Source of the DNA: Thelocarpon superellum
Taxonomy: Eukaryota
Direction of reading: 5' to 3'
DNA length: 44,811 bases
NCBI GenBank assembly: GCA_026025795.1
Contig: JAPEUG010000107.1
Span: 1-44,811, forward strand
Below, one piece after another: positions 10,185 to 21,785 of the stretch. The stretch's first letter is position 1; every line of letters starts with the position of its first letter. A program made the translations under genes and the position numbers. Under the pieces are notes generated by a model, which saw only the letters and a list, made by a program, of their open reading frames with translations, was not told where the DNA came from and did not search any database.

Positions 10185-11644
10185 CTGTAGCGACGGGAAC
10201 CGATCAGGCTGGGCACGCCGTTTATATGGCGCGTTGTCTGCCAAGAACTACAGTCCAGAGTGCGGAATACAGAGTCATAAGTCCCCAGAAGCTTGAGCGT
10301 AGCCTGCGCTATCTGCGGCCGCGCGATCAGCTGCATGGTGAGCCTCCGGGTTGACCAATCGCCGGACTTGTAATAGAGGCGCGCCATGCACTGTACGAAA
10401 TACGTGGAAGTAGCAGGACGAAAGTCGATGGAGGGCCTCACATTGCACCAATCGCAGGCCGCGCGAGCTGTCTGCCTATACGCCCCTGCAAGCACCCATT
10501 GCTTTTTGAACCAGCCTTGCAGCCGGCGGGCCTCAGGATCTACAAATGAGGAAGGGCGGGGCTAGGATACGATATGAGGGGCGCATCTCGGGCACAATAA
10601 CAATTCGGATGGACAACCCCGCCTTTTTGCCCAACCGTGGTCCGTACTGAAGAGGTATTGTCACTCAGCCTGGTTTACACCACGCACCCTCCAACATTCT
10701 ACCAGCTCATCGCAACCTACCCTCGATAGCACCGGGCCAAGCGACCATCCTCAATGGACAGTCACTGCTGGTTCATGCGGAACGTCCGCTTGATGGGATA
10801 GCCACGATTCAGCCTGCAGGGTTTCAGGTCTACATCATCCATGCCAGCGCGACACAAGAGCATGTCGACAGGCCCAGCTGGCTCTTCAAGTGCGGTATCG
10901 TCGATACCTGGCTTGCAAAGTCCACGCCATCCGACTTTCCGGCTCAGTATGTACGCGTCTAGCCCGACGCGCCGTGGTCGATCCCGAAGCTACATATTAG
11001 TGCATGCTTCCGCGTCAACAATGATTCGGAGAGAGCGTCACCCGACTACATCTGCGTCGTGCAGGGAAAGAGCCTAGGTCTGAAGTCGAGGGCTGTACTC
11101 GAGCACAATGCCACAGCCGCGACCAACGCGATGGTGCGCGAAGCCATAAACATATATTTTCTGGTCTTTTCTGGAGTCATTCTACAATCCGCCTCCGCGA
11201 TTGCCTTTGGGGGCTCTGGCGATGTTCATCAAGGCTTTCGGAAGTGGGATGATGTTGCTGGGCTGGTGGGAGCAGCAGGTACTTTCAAGGAAGTCGGGAT
11301 TCTGTACGGCGAAAAGCCTCGGCGTTCCCAATACTCAGCGACGGAGCATAGCTGGAGCGTAGAGGGAAAGACTGTGGTCATAGGGGCGGGGATCAGCGGA
11401 CAGTGCGTTATTCATGTTAGTCGCCAGACATCCGAGCACTCGTATTGCGTCATTTCCCGAGAGCACCCCAGCTACTAGTAGTACGATACTATCGTGCTAC
11501 TAGTACTAGTAGTATGGAACACTCCGCATGCCTCCAAAGAAGGGAGAGAATTCGTTGGATTCACCCGCAACCAATCAAGAGCACAAGTATTACTTGTGGT
11601 GTTGTTGGTTACTGTCCCGACCACGACTCCACCCATCATCTACA

Positions 11645-12466
11645 ATGGCACCTCACGTCCTCCTCCTTGGAGGGCATGGCAAAGTCTCACTCTTACTGAC
11701 GCCACTGCTCCTCTCCCGCGGATGGACCGTGACCAGCATGATCCGCAACGCCGCCCAAACACCCGCCATCGAAGCAACGGGAAAGCACGCACCGGGCCAA
11801 CTCCACGTGCTGGTGCGAAGCCTGGAGGAGATCAAAAGCGCCGAAGCCGCAGGCGAGGTTTTGGCAGAGGTACAGCCCGACTACGTGGTCTGGAGCGCCG
11901 GAGCCGGCGGGAAGGGCGGGCCGGAGCGCACATACGCCATCGACCGCGACGCGGCGCGGCATTTCATCGCGGGTGCCGTGGCCGAGCCGCGCGTGCGGAA
12001 GTTTCTGCTCGTCTCGGCCATTTCGAGTCGGAGGCGCCGCGCGCCCTGGTGGGAGGATGACGAGTGGGCGCTCGTTGAGCGCTTCAACAAGGCCCTGCCG
12101 CATTATTACGAGGCGAAGGTTGATGCGGATGAGTATTTGACGAAGCTGGCAGCGCAGCGGAGGAAGGGGGCCGGGCAAAGTGAGAAAGGCGTGTTTCAGG
12201 ATATCATCTTACGTCCGGGCGGCCTGAGTGATTCCCCTGCCACAGGGCTGGTCAGCTTGGGCCAGTCGAGGACCATGGGGACGGTGAGCCGTGCCGACGT
12301 GGCCGACGTGGCCGCAAGGCTTCTTGATCAGGAGGACTTTCATGGATGGGTGGATTTGGTCAGTGGGAACGAGCTGGTGGAAAGCGCTGTGAAGAGAGTC
12401 GTGCGTGACAAGGTGGACGCCATCGAGGGCGAAGACACCGTGCAGATCTATTCGAGCGTAACGTGA
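11645..12466 (+). CDS. NAD(P)-binding atypical short-chain oxidoreductase (NAD_binding_10, YMR090W-like), intronless
   Basis: Rossmann motif VLLLGGHGKV, VVWSAGAGGKGG, IDRDAA, YYEAK, ILRPGGLSD, VSRADVA. ACA-ATG-G start context. Confidence 0.93.
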   Translation: MAPHVLLLGGHGKVSLLLTPLLLSRGWTVTSMIRNAAQTPAIEATGKHAPGQLHVLVRSLEEIKSAEAAGEVLAEVQPDYVVWSAGAGGKGGPERTYAIDRDAARHFIAGAVAEPRVRKFLLVSAISSRRRRAPWWEDDEWALVERFNKALPHYYEAKVDADEYLTKLAAQRRKGAGQSEKGVFQDIILRPGGLSDSPATGLVSLGQSRTMGTVSRADVADVAARLLDQEDFHGWVDLVSGNELVESAVKRVVRDKVDAIEGEDTVQIYSSVT

Positions 12467-12649
12467 TGCAGGAACGAGCTACGGCAGGCACGTGCTTTGG
12501 GGGCGGGCTAAAACTTTTCGATAGAGGATCGTCTTCCTACGTCTGGCTGTATCATAGAGGAGAGAAAAGCTGTGCAAGATCGACAGCAGTTGACGAGGTC
12601 TCGTGTTTGCATCCATGATTGCTCGGCCGTGAGGGCTCCAGATATGTCG

Positions 12650-15053
12650 TCACTTGAAGCAGCACATGACCCCGCCGCAGAATTTATGCAGCAAGGGCCG
12701 CGCCTCCTTCCCGTCCTCACCGATAGAGGAACCCTCTAGCAAGGGGCGTGCGTCTTTCCCGTCTTCCCCTGCAAAGAGTGTTTCTCGTTGTGATATTGCG
12801 GGTGTTTGTGTGCCGCTCGGCTCGTGTTGGTGTGTTGCTTGATGTGCCTTTTCGACGGTAAGCGGGAGCGCGTGCCGGTCAACCCGGGGGGAAGCTAACT
12901 CAGTGTGTTCCGCCAGGCGTTTATCGTCCATGGCGTCGAGCGTGCTCACCGCCATGGCAATGTCGCAGACCCTGTCCGAAATGTTAGTCAAGACCTCATC
13001 TCTTGCCTCGGATCAAAGTCACGTACAGTTGGTCGCAGCGACTACGACTGAAGTCTTCGCGGACGACAACCCGCATGAGCTTCAGGTTGTTGGTCTTGGG
13101 CGCCATGGTGTACGCAGGCACGACCCATCCGCGTTCGCGGAGCTGATGCGCCACGGCGAACTGTTGCGATTAGAGAGACACATGAGCCGTGGAGATACAA
13201 CAAAGCCTACCTCATCATACTTCTTCTTGTCCTTGGGGTTGAGCCGGAAGGCCACCAGCGGAAGTCCCTTGCCCTGTCCCTCGGACATGATGAGGAAGCC
13301 GAGCTTCGACAGGGCCGCGGCAAGGCAGTCAGAAGTGTGGGTCAGGTTCCTACCCCGCGTGGCGTTAGCATCTGTCCGGCCGAGGAGGATTGCAAGCGAT
13401 GTACATCATGATGGCGCGATAGCCGTGCTTCCCGAGGCGGATCATCTGGTAGTACTGGCCGATGACCTGGGACGCGCCCTTGGAGAAGTTCATGGTGAAA
13501 GAGGCCTGGTCGGCGCCGAGGTAGTTGATGTTGAAGACCAGCTCCTGGGGCAGGCACTCCGGCGAGCGCCAGACGATCCATCCCACACCAGGATACACCA
13601 AGCCATATTTATGCCCCGACACGTTGATGCTGACCACGTGAGAGAGGCGGAAGTCCCACTCGAGATCCGGCTGAACGAACGGCACGACGAATCCTCCGCT
13701 CGCGGCATCGACATGGATGGGAGTGTCCATGCCCTTCTTCTCGAGGAGGTCGTTGATGGCTTTGACATCCTCATACTGGCCTGTGTACGTCGACCCCAGG
13801 ATGGCGCAGATCCCGATGGTGTTCTCGTCCACCAGCCGGACCGCCTGCTCGGGGTCGATGACGTAGCGGTCTTCCGTGCAGTCGACGTATCGCTCCTCAA
13901 CCTCAAAATATCGCGCCGCTGGAACTCTCGTGAGCGATTAACCGACCTTGTCTTGATCGGGCAGTCCTACCTTTCTCCCAGCACACTGGACGACGGTGTT
14001 GGTTAGCGATCCATGAGCCAAGGAGCGAAGTGCTCACCTTGCACTGCGGAGGACATGATGATGTTAGGCTTGTTGTAAGGCTTGCCAGCCGCCTGCTGCT
14101 TTTTCTGCCAGCGCTGCACGGGGCTTGTCAGCGGAAGACATCATCGTTTCTAACGAATGTCATACCTTCCGCATCGCCAGCGTGCCGAGCATGATCGCCT
14201 ATTCCACACGATATCAGTCACCTTGCGTTATTGGAAAGATCCACTGCGACCGACCTCGGAGCTCCCGACGCAGCTGGTGCCCATGGAGTTGGATTCGGGG
14301 TCATCGGTGGGCGCGTTGAAGAGCCGTCCAATCTGGCGGGGTCAGGAAAAATGCTCGCGGAGGTACGGCGGACGGGATAGGACTGACCATAGAGACACAT
14401 CGGTTTTGCTGACGTGGCTCATTAGCAGGGTAGAAGAAGGCGCAGAGTGACGGTAGAGCTCACGATGTCGGCGCTCTGCGGATATTCCTCATAGTCGATG
14501 CTTCGAACCAAGCCCTGCTTAGCTGACGCACGAGCTAATGCCGATTGGAACCACGTACAAGTTCTTGGAGAATGCCTCCGTCATGAGCTTCTCCACCTCT
14601 TCCTCCTGCGCGCCAATGAGTCCAGGTTTATGATAAGGAAAGAAGACGATGGTCGGGAGTCCTCCTTACCATATAGGTGGTAACGAAACTTGCGAGGCTG
14701 GGTACGTTGGTCAACGTTCTCGTCTCCGTTCGTCTAGAGGACGCTCTTACTTGAGCATCGGATTGCCATCGAGACTGAGGTCATCTCTACGCTCGACTGT
14801 CAGCACACGGCTTGACGTTCCGTGGCACGGATCGAGGGAGGGAGTCCGACTTGATCATCCGATAAGCAATCTCCTTGGGCATCTCCTTCTCTGGCATCTC
14901 ATGCTTAGGAAGGTCTTGGGCGGCGAAGCTACTGCCATAAACCGAGGTGGTGTAATCATCGGCGTAGACCCCAGCGACCTTCAGATCTTTCATGCCTTGG
15001 ACAATTGGGGTGTCGACATCCTTGTCGTTGGGGATCTTCGCAAGGTGGACCAT
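12650..15053 (-). CDS. GAD1: Glutamate decarboxylase (PLP-dependent), 14 exons
   Basis: [73 protein letters not shown]-lysine [16 protein letters not shown]. Introns: 14850-14787, 14750-14698, 14669-14606, 14558-14501, 14463-14409, 14387-14333, 14254-14199, 14165-14114, 14037-13986, 13970-13919, 13404-13350, 13210-13161, 13026-12972. Confidence 0.96.
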
Positions 15054-15870
15054 GATTGCGACGAGCTTGAAGTGAGAGTCACGAGAATAGTCAATGGGAT
15101 GATCAGTGAGATGCTCAGCGAGATGGTCAGTGGATTGGCCACGGGTCGATGGATCCGACGCAGCTCTGAGCGACGAGAGAGGTGGCAGGAGCAGATTATG
15201 GGGGGACTGCGGGCGAAGAACATCCCGCCAGCGTCTTCTGTGCTGGCAGACAGGGCTCGATACCCGCTTCACTTACGGTACGGCACCTGTGAAAGATTAC
15301 GAGTAGCGAGGGAGGTACCAGGGAGAGGGTAAGTGGTACCCCACTGGTATCGCCACGGCAACATTAAGATGGCGGGGCACCGGCGGGGTACGGCGAGCCT
15401 TTCGGCTGCGACTATTCGTGCCTGTTCGACACCGCCCGGCGCAGGTCTGAACCGTCGCAGCTCGCCCGCCTGGCCATCCCATTCGCGCTAAGAGAAGCTA
15501 GATGCCAAGCTTTCCCTGTTGCTAGTCTGCTTGAGGAGAAGAGTATCCCCTTGGTCGCCGTGGTTGCCAAGACAGAGTGCCGGCGCCAGGCCCCGAAGCT
15601 TGTCACCGGCTGGAGCGGCGCCCCGTGCCGCCATCCTGCCGGACGATTCGACCGTCATGCCTTCTGATGGAGCCACGGTACTCGTGTCATCCTCGTACGA
15701 CGATCAGAGAGCTGGAAGCGAATGGTGGGGAGATCCAAAAAGTGGTGGGCCCTATCACACCATCTCGGCGAACCTACCCAAATGTACGTGACTAGCTACA
15801 GAGGTGGAGACGAAAGGGCAGCCTCACGGCATGGAAACGTGGGGTTGAGGGAAGATGAGGTCGTCGCCGT

Positions 15871-18658
15871 CTAGAGCGCCCACACAGGCGCCTTCACCAG
15901 GACACTCCGGCCACGCACCTCCACGGTCATAAAAGCCGCCACCCGCACGCGCGGAACCTCATCCTTGCGCTCTGCGGGACTCGTGGGACGTTGGCCCGGG
16001 GGCAGGGTTTGCTGCGTGAGCGAGTTTTGTGAACCCGATGCCCCGCCCGCCTTCTGCATCCCTTCCAGCGACGACGTGGGGCCTGGCTTCTTGCCCAGGA
16101 AGCCACCCAGCATGCCCCGCTTCTTCGGCACTTGCTCTTTGAGACTGGCCGAGTCCGAGTCGCGGAGCTCACTCAGCGAATGCTGGTCTTTGCCATCGCT
16201 CATCTGACTCGACACCTCCACCCCCGACAGCGACGTCCGATCGGCCTCGGAGCCCTCGCCCTCACCCACTGACGTCGCCAGCGGGGGCAAGCCCGTCTCG
16301 AGCTTCATCGTATCTGACATGATGGGCGTGCCGGGGGACGGGTAGGAGAAAAAGACATCGCGACTCTCGAGCGGCACGTTGGCCGCGAGGCCCACGGCCA
16401 GCTCGACGATCATGGCCACCCCGCCTTCGAGATCGGACGGCGGCGGGTCGTTGAGCATCATGGTCAAGGACGCAATCAGGCTTCGTACCAGGCTCTGCGT
16501 GAGCTTGGCCCGGTAGTCGGCCGCCTTGCTCGTTGCGAGCGCGTCCTGCAGTCCATCCGCCGTGGTGAGACGCCAATTCGACACCTTCGCCAGGAGCGCA
16601 TCTTCTTCCTCCAACGACTGTGCCGGCGGCGCCAGTCGCCGGATATTCTTCTCGATGATCTTCAGCTGCGAGCTGAGCCCCGGCTCGAGGCCCGGGTGGA
16701 AATAACGGTCCAAAATCTCCTCCACAATCCACCGCGAGATACACGCCCGCCCGACCACCGTCATTTCCTTGGTGCCCTTGATGTGCGCGTCGCGGTTGAT
16801 CACCGGCTGCAGCCAAGGTGGGACCGAGCCCCACTCCTTGCGGATGTTGAACGCCAGATTATTGATGGCGCCGTCCAGACGATTGAACCGCGTCGCGTAT
16901 TCGTTGTCGTCCAGCGACGTGCGCGACTGCGAGAGCCGCTGGTGTGCGAGTGTATTCTGCAGCTGTTCTACCTGTGCCAACTTGTCGAAATAAAGCTTCT
17001 TCACCTTGCTGTACTTTCCCTCTGTACCCTTAGGCATTAGTACGTCGTCACTACGAGCGATCGAGCTGGGACTTCTTACGTAATTCTTGATGTACCCCAC
17101 CGTCTACGGGGGGTAGGTCATCCTTCGATCGTGATGGCTGAGGACTGGTGCGGTCGTGGTCCGCCACGTTCTGCTGCCCGCTGCCTTGAGACTGTGCGGT
17201 GACACCTCGACCCAGTTGCCCTTGCTGTACCGCACCAGGCGGCGCCGAGCCAAATTGTGAACGTCCTGGCGTCGGCGGCTGACTGGGAACCTGCCCGCCG
17301 GGCGCGAGCTGCGACCCCGAGCCGGGCTCACGGGCACTCGCACCATGGCCGCTTTGCAGGTTGCCGTCCGCGGCTCGACCGGAGTCTCCCGGGAGGGGTG
17401 CCATGCTGCCTTGGCGGCTATGGCCTCCGTGTTGGGGCGCCAGCCTGCCTCCTTGATTTTGCTGCTGGGCCACGTAGGCCTGGTATTGTGCTTGCTGCTG
17501 TTGCTGCTGTTGCTGCTGGGGTTGTTGGGATTGCTGCTGTTGCTGCTGCTGCGGAGGGCGGGACAAGTTCAAGGCCTCCTGCTGCGCGGTTTGTTGATAG
17601 GCCGCCTGTGCACTTTGTCCAAGTCGCCGGTGATCTTCTGGTGACAGTCGACCCGTTGTCGGCGTATCCCCGTGAGAAGGTTGGTAGGCCGTATAGGCAG
17701 CGTTCTGCTGCATGTGCTGTAGACTCTCCGGATGCAGATGTATCGGATTCAAGCTTTGGAGTCGGGGCGGTGGGGCCAATTCGGCCTCGCCCGTCCGTCG
17801 ATGCTCCAGGCGGTGATCTCCCGAGTCGAGATGCTGAGCATCCGTCGACCCTGGAATGCCGTCGTGTTCCGGTGGTAGTGGGGGTAGGTCAGCGGAGTGA
17901 CCTTGTTGTGGACGCGCGGAATGTATACTGGCTGGATCACCCTCGTCCTCCTCAGGCGCCGGAGGGAGGTAAGGGTCGGGATGGCCAGAGGTCGGCCAAT
18001 TCTGCGGCGCTGGCTGCTCGACTGGGCTGAGTCGCGATTGTCGCAGGCTCAGAGGGGGGTCCTTGCGACGCAGGGAGATCCTCCGCCCCAAGCCGGCAGT
18101 ATTGCCTTGTGGGCTGGTCGTGGGGCTGGTCGGGGCCGAGTCGGGTGCGGGAGTGGGCGCACGGCGGGATTCTCGAGACAAGGACGGGCCAAAGCCGAAA
18201 AAGCTCCGCTTCGACTTTTTGGGCTCGACGAGCGGCGACGCGTCGCTCGTCTCCGCAGAGTATGAGGGTCGAGGGTCGTCCGCGCCGGTGTCCCCCTGTC
18301 GCGCGATTCCGCCGCTCAGCTCTTCGAGCGGAGCGGGATGGGCGAAGCCGGAGAAAGATTGGCTATGATGATGGCCGTGGGGCGGCGGCGGCGGTGGTTG
18401 TCTATAATAATTGTGTGGATCGTCGTCGGCGGGGTGGAGCGGTAGTGGATGGTGATAGTACGGGTCTTGCTCGGGGTTAATGGCGGTCTGCGGGTGTTGC
18501 GATGACGCCAATTGGCCGAAGTTGCTGGTGCTTCGAGAGGGCAGGCCTGGCGACGGAAGCGGCGAGGCGGTGATGGACAGGCTCGAGCCCGGTCGATCCT
18601 GGCTGAGTAGGGAGACCTGCGACCGGTTGTTCTTGAGGAAGGAAGGTTTGAAGGGCAT
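15871..18658 (-). CDS. Large hypothetical protein: Q/P-rich disordered N-terminus, coiled coil and helical C-terminal domain; intron 17079-17022
   Basis: Two long ORFs joined by GTAAGA..CTAAT..CAG. Core KYSKVKKLYFDK..QLQNTLAHQRLSQSRTSLDDNEY..RLDGAINNLAFNIRKEW and end RGRSVLVKAPVW recall a conserved Pezizomycotina family often labelled methyltransferase-like; I see no SAM-binding motif. Confidence 0.88.
17491..17551 (-). repeat. CAG/CAA poly-glutamine tract
   Basis: Encodes QQQQQQQSQQPQQQQQQQQQ. Confidence 0.9.
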
Positions 18659-20249
18659 CGGGTAGGATTGGCGGTCCTCGAGTGGGAGGCGGGGTTGTGG
18701 TGAGGCCGGCACTGCCTGCGACCGTACGTTTGGTGGAGCGACTCCGCCAGCGTCGATGGCGACGAGATCTCCGAGATCGTCGCCGTTCCACGACGGCGGA
18801 CGCGTGCAGAGACCTTATCTCAGGGACAGGGAACGAGTCCTTGACGACCAGGAGGCACGAAGCTCCTACCAAGGGTCGTGGATTGGCGGGGCCTGAGTCT
18901 TCCGGGCGCAGGTGGAGCGTCAAGGGCGCGCGCGAGGAGCTCCTACATGACTTGGGGGACCGCAGGCGTCTGGGGCTCTCCGACCGCGTACGTCGTGACC
19001 TCCGCTCCGCCGCGTCGTCTTCGACTGCTTATCATGCACTTGTCACGTACCAGCCTTGTTCACTTCTACGAGGCTACACTTTGGAGGTTTACCCCTGCAC
19101 GTCGCTGGCCGCCGTGGACCCCCGGCTGGCCGTTAAGCCGGCGGCTGTGGTGCTGCAGCACGTCGGAGTAAGATGCAACGTCTGTCTCGACAGTGGGGCT
19201 GTGCTGCATCGTGCCCACTACGGCACGGTGGAGGCAACTGTCTCAAGCCGCGACTACTCACTTGTCCAGTAACGTGGAAAGCGTCGGTGCCCGCTCATGC
19301 ACAGAGGGACTATTGGAGGGGGCTTAGAAATGCGGGTCGTCTGTCTGCGGGCCGCTGGGGCCGTCTCCGTACTGGCCAAAGCTCGGATCACTCCTCTTCC
19401 ATCCAAGCAGCCGCGCCAGGGTTATTGTGAAGCTTGCTTTGCTATCAATCCCTACTGGTCGAGGCATCTAGTTGGAGCGTGCATACCGTCGATGCGGAAT
19501 ACGTGCACAGACTTTCGGTGCTACAGCATCCGTGCGAAGTACCGAGAGTCTCCCCTGCCATGGGAGCGTCAGTCGACTTATTCTTAGAGTCTGGCGTCGG
19601 AGCTCCGTTCGCTTCCAACGCACTACTGGCCGCACGCCTTAGGGCTGCTTGACCGACATTGATAAACAGCCACATGGATCGCTGCCGCCTAGACTCTGGC
19701 CTCTTTGTTGATTCGACGTGCGGACAGGCCCATTTGCGCGCCATTCCTTGGCGCTTACACTCCCAGGTTACCGGGAACTGCCATTTAGAAGTCTGATGGC
19801 AGTCACAGCTTGGAGGTGCGTTGGGGCCGGCGGTGGCGCTCGTGGCACAGCACCGTAGTGCCCTCATCCACTGGTCGCATCAGTATTGTTATACTCCAAG
19901 TCTTTCACAAGTGCCAAGCGGCTCATTTCGTCGGATTGTTTCGTTCCGTGAGAAGGAGTTTGTGCGTATTGAGCGTTCCTCTGCTCGAGACCTCCTTAGA
20001 CTCTGTCTCTGCGCCCATTAAGGTACAGCGCCACTCTAGGGATACTTCCCACTGGGCCACCGCATCCTAAGGTGGTTGATCTAACGGACCACAGTTTGGT
20101 TTAAGATGGAGTGTGGCTTCTATGAAAATCGAAAAGGATTGTACGCACCCTACCTAAAGGCCGCGTGAAGCACAGAGGGGCTACGCGGGATCGTATCCGC
20201 AATAGGTTGTGCGAGGCTGAACCGATCGCATGGACACAACGCGAGTGAG

Positions 20250-21220
20250 ATGATCAGTCTCGAAGCTTGCCCTGGAATTAGTATGGAGTGCCATGGTTAT
20301 GGTGATAGTAGTATCCTAGTACTTTTAGACGACAGCATCACTCGGTTCCTGAGAAAGCTATCCAAGCCATCATTCTGTCTAGCTACACGGGGCCTCTTCG
20401 CTAAGTCGACTTCGCCTTGAGGTGGAAGTCACCAACGAGCGAGATAGAGGCTTGGCAGGCATTACCGCATGCAAGCAACAAATGAGACCGATTCATCCTT
20501 CGTAGATGGTGTCGTGGATGTTCTCCAATCGAACCGTCTCGACGCCCGCCAGCCTTCCCAGCGAGGCTGTACCTGAGAACCTCGTTGGCGATTACCAATG
20601 CAGGCAAATTCGTGGTGCACAGGGTGCAAGAAGAAGCATTCCAGCTTGGATTTCCATCCCATCATGCTCAAGCTGGAGCCACAATCCTGTGGGTGGCACG
20701 AGGGCGGGATTGGTTACGCTTTGCACCCACGGATCGTGGTCATTTCCCCTGCTCCACGCTCTCCTGCAGGAAGAAGAAGGCCTATCAATAGCTCACGGTG
20801 TGTCACTCTCACCCCTTGTTATGGTGTCAATCCCAGCCATGCGATAGAGGTACAGGTTCAGAATGGGTAAAGCAGTTCTCGAAACCAGGTAGACCTTCCG
20901 GAGGTGACCAAGGGCAACTACAACTTGCCGTACCCGTCTGTGCATGCTGCATTACCGTCAAGCATGGCCCAGTCCCCGTCTTGGGTGCATGTACACACTG
21001 TCCCCTTTCGCATCGCCAAACTCGTCACCTGTCCGAAGGTGCATCGGAAAAGCATGCCATACAACGAGACTAAATGTCACTATCTCTTGCAATGCAAATC
21101 CTGTCTCACACAGATTGACCACCACTTTTTCGACGTCGACGGCACCCGATTCTCTGTTGTTACAACGTGGTGATCTCTGAGTAGATGAGAAACGACCGAC
21201 GATCTCGACTGGCAAGCCCC
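20250..21220 (+). pseudogene. Probable decayed fungal F-box-type gene with Cys/His-rich domains
   Basis: Collinear fragments in shifting frames: SSILVLLDDSITRFLRKLSKPSFCLATRGLF (F-box-like); WCTGCKKKHSSLDF..CGWHEG, then a frameshift to LVTLCTHGSWSF; QCKSCLTQ..VVTTW*SLSR*ETTDDLDWQA with in-frame TGAs. Family assignment is by pattern recall. Confidence 0.45.
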
Positions 21221-21785
21221 ACGGGCCAATCCAGCACTCAGGCATGCCCGGTAGGGGTCAGCGATACGACTGCGGGGACGCCGCGATGTACATTCGATAG
21301 ATCTTCAAGCGCCACGCGCACCTGCTGACCGACTTTTATGGGACGTGTTGTCATGACTTGGTAATGGAGCTCGTAGATCACGGTTCAGAACTTCGCCCAC
21401 TGGTCGAAGTGCCCTTGAGCGGTGCCCCTCAAGTCTTGATTGATGTAATGAGGTGACGCGGGGCTCTAGTTCCTCCTCGCGTCAGTGTGATCACGTGTCG
21501 CCCCACATTGGCGAACCGCTTCCTGGAAACTGACCGGTGCTGGAATATGATTGGTGTTGCTAGGGCTGCGAGGAAGCGAGTATTGTGTACGCAAACAAAC
21601 CCGAGCCGCCCATCGTAAGAGGATTTGACCGGAAGCCTCAGGAAGATACTGGGAGTAGAACGCCACATGTTGACGCTGATCTTCCGACCGTCCAAGGGAT
21701 CGTCGACATTCACCCTTTCCAAGGCTTGCTGACTCAACGGCCTCACGAACCCGCCAGACAACCCGCGGCGGTCGCTGCTTGTCCG

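Noticed and set aside
12903..14006. 367-aa ORF antisense to GAD that stays open across several introns
   Set aside because: No motifs; long antisense ORFs are common opposite high-GC3 genes, as also seen opposite the Hsp70 and flavin reductase genes.
11645..15053. Oxidoreductase plus GAD as a metabolic gene cluster
   Set aside because: No GABA transaminase, SSADH, transporter or backbone biosynthetic enzyme nearby; adjacency alone is insufficient.
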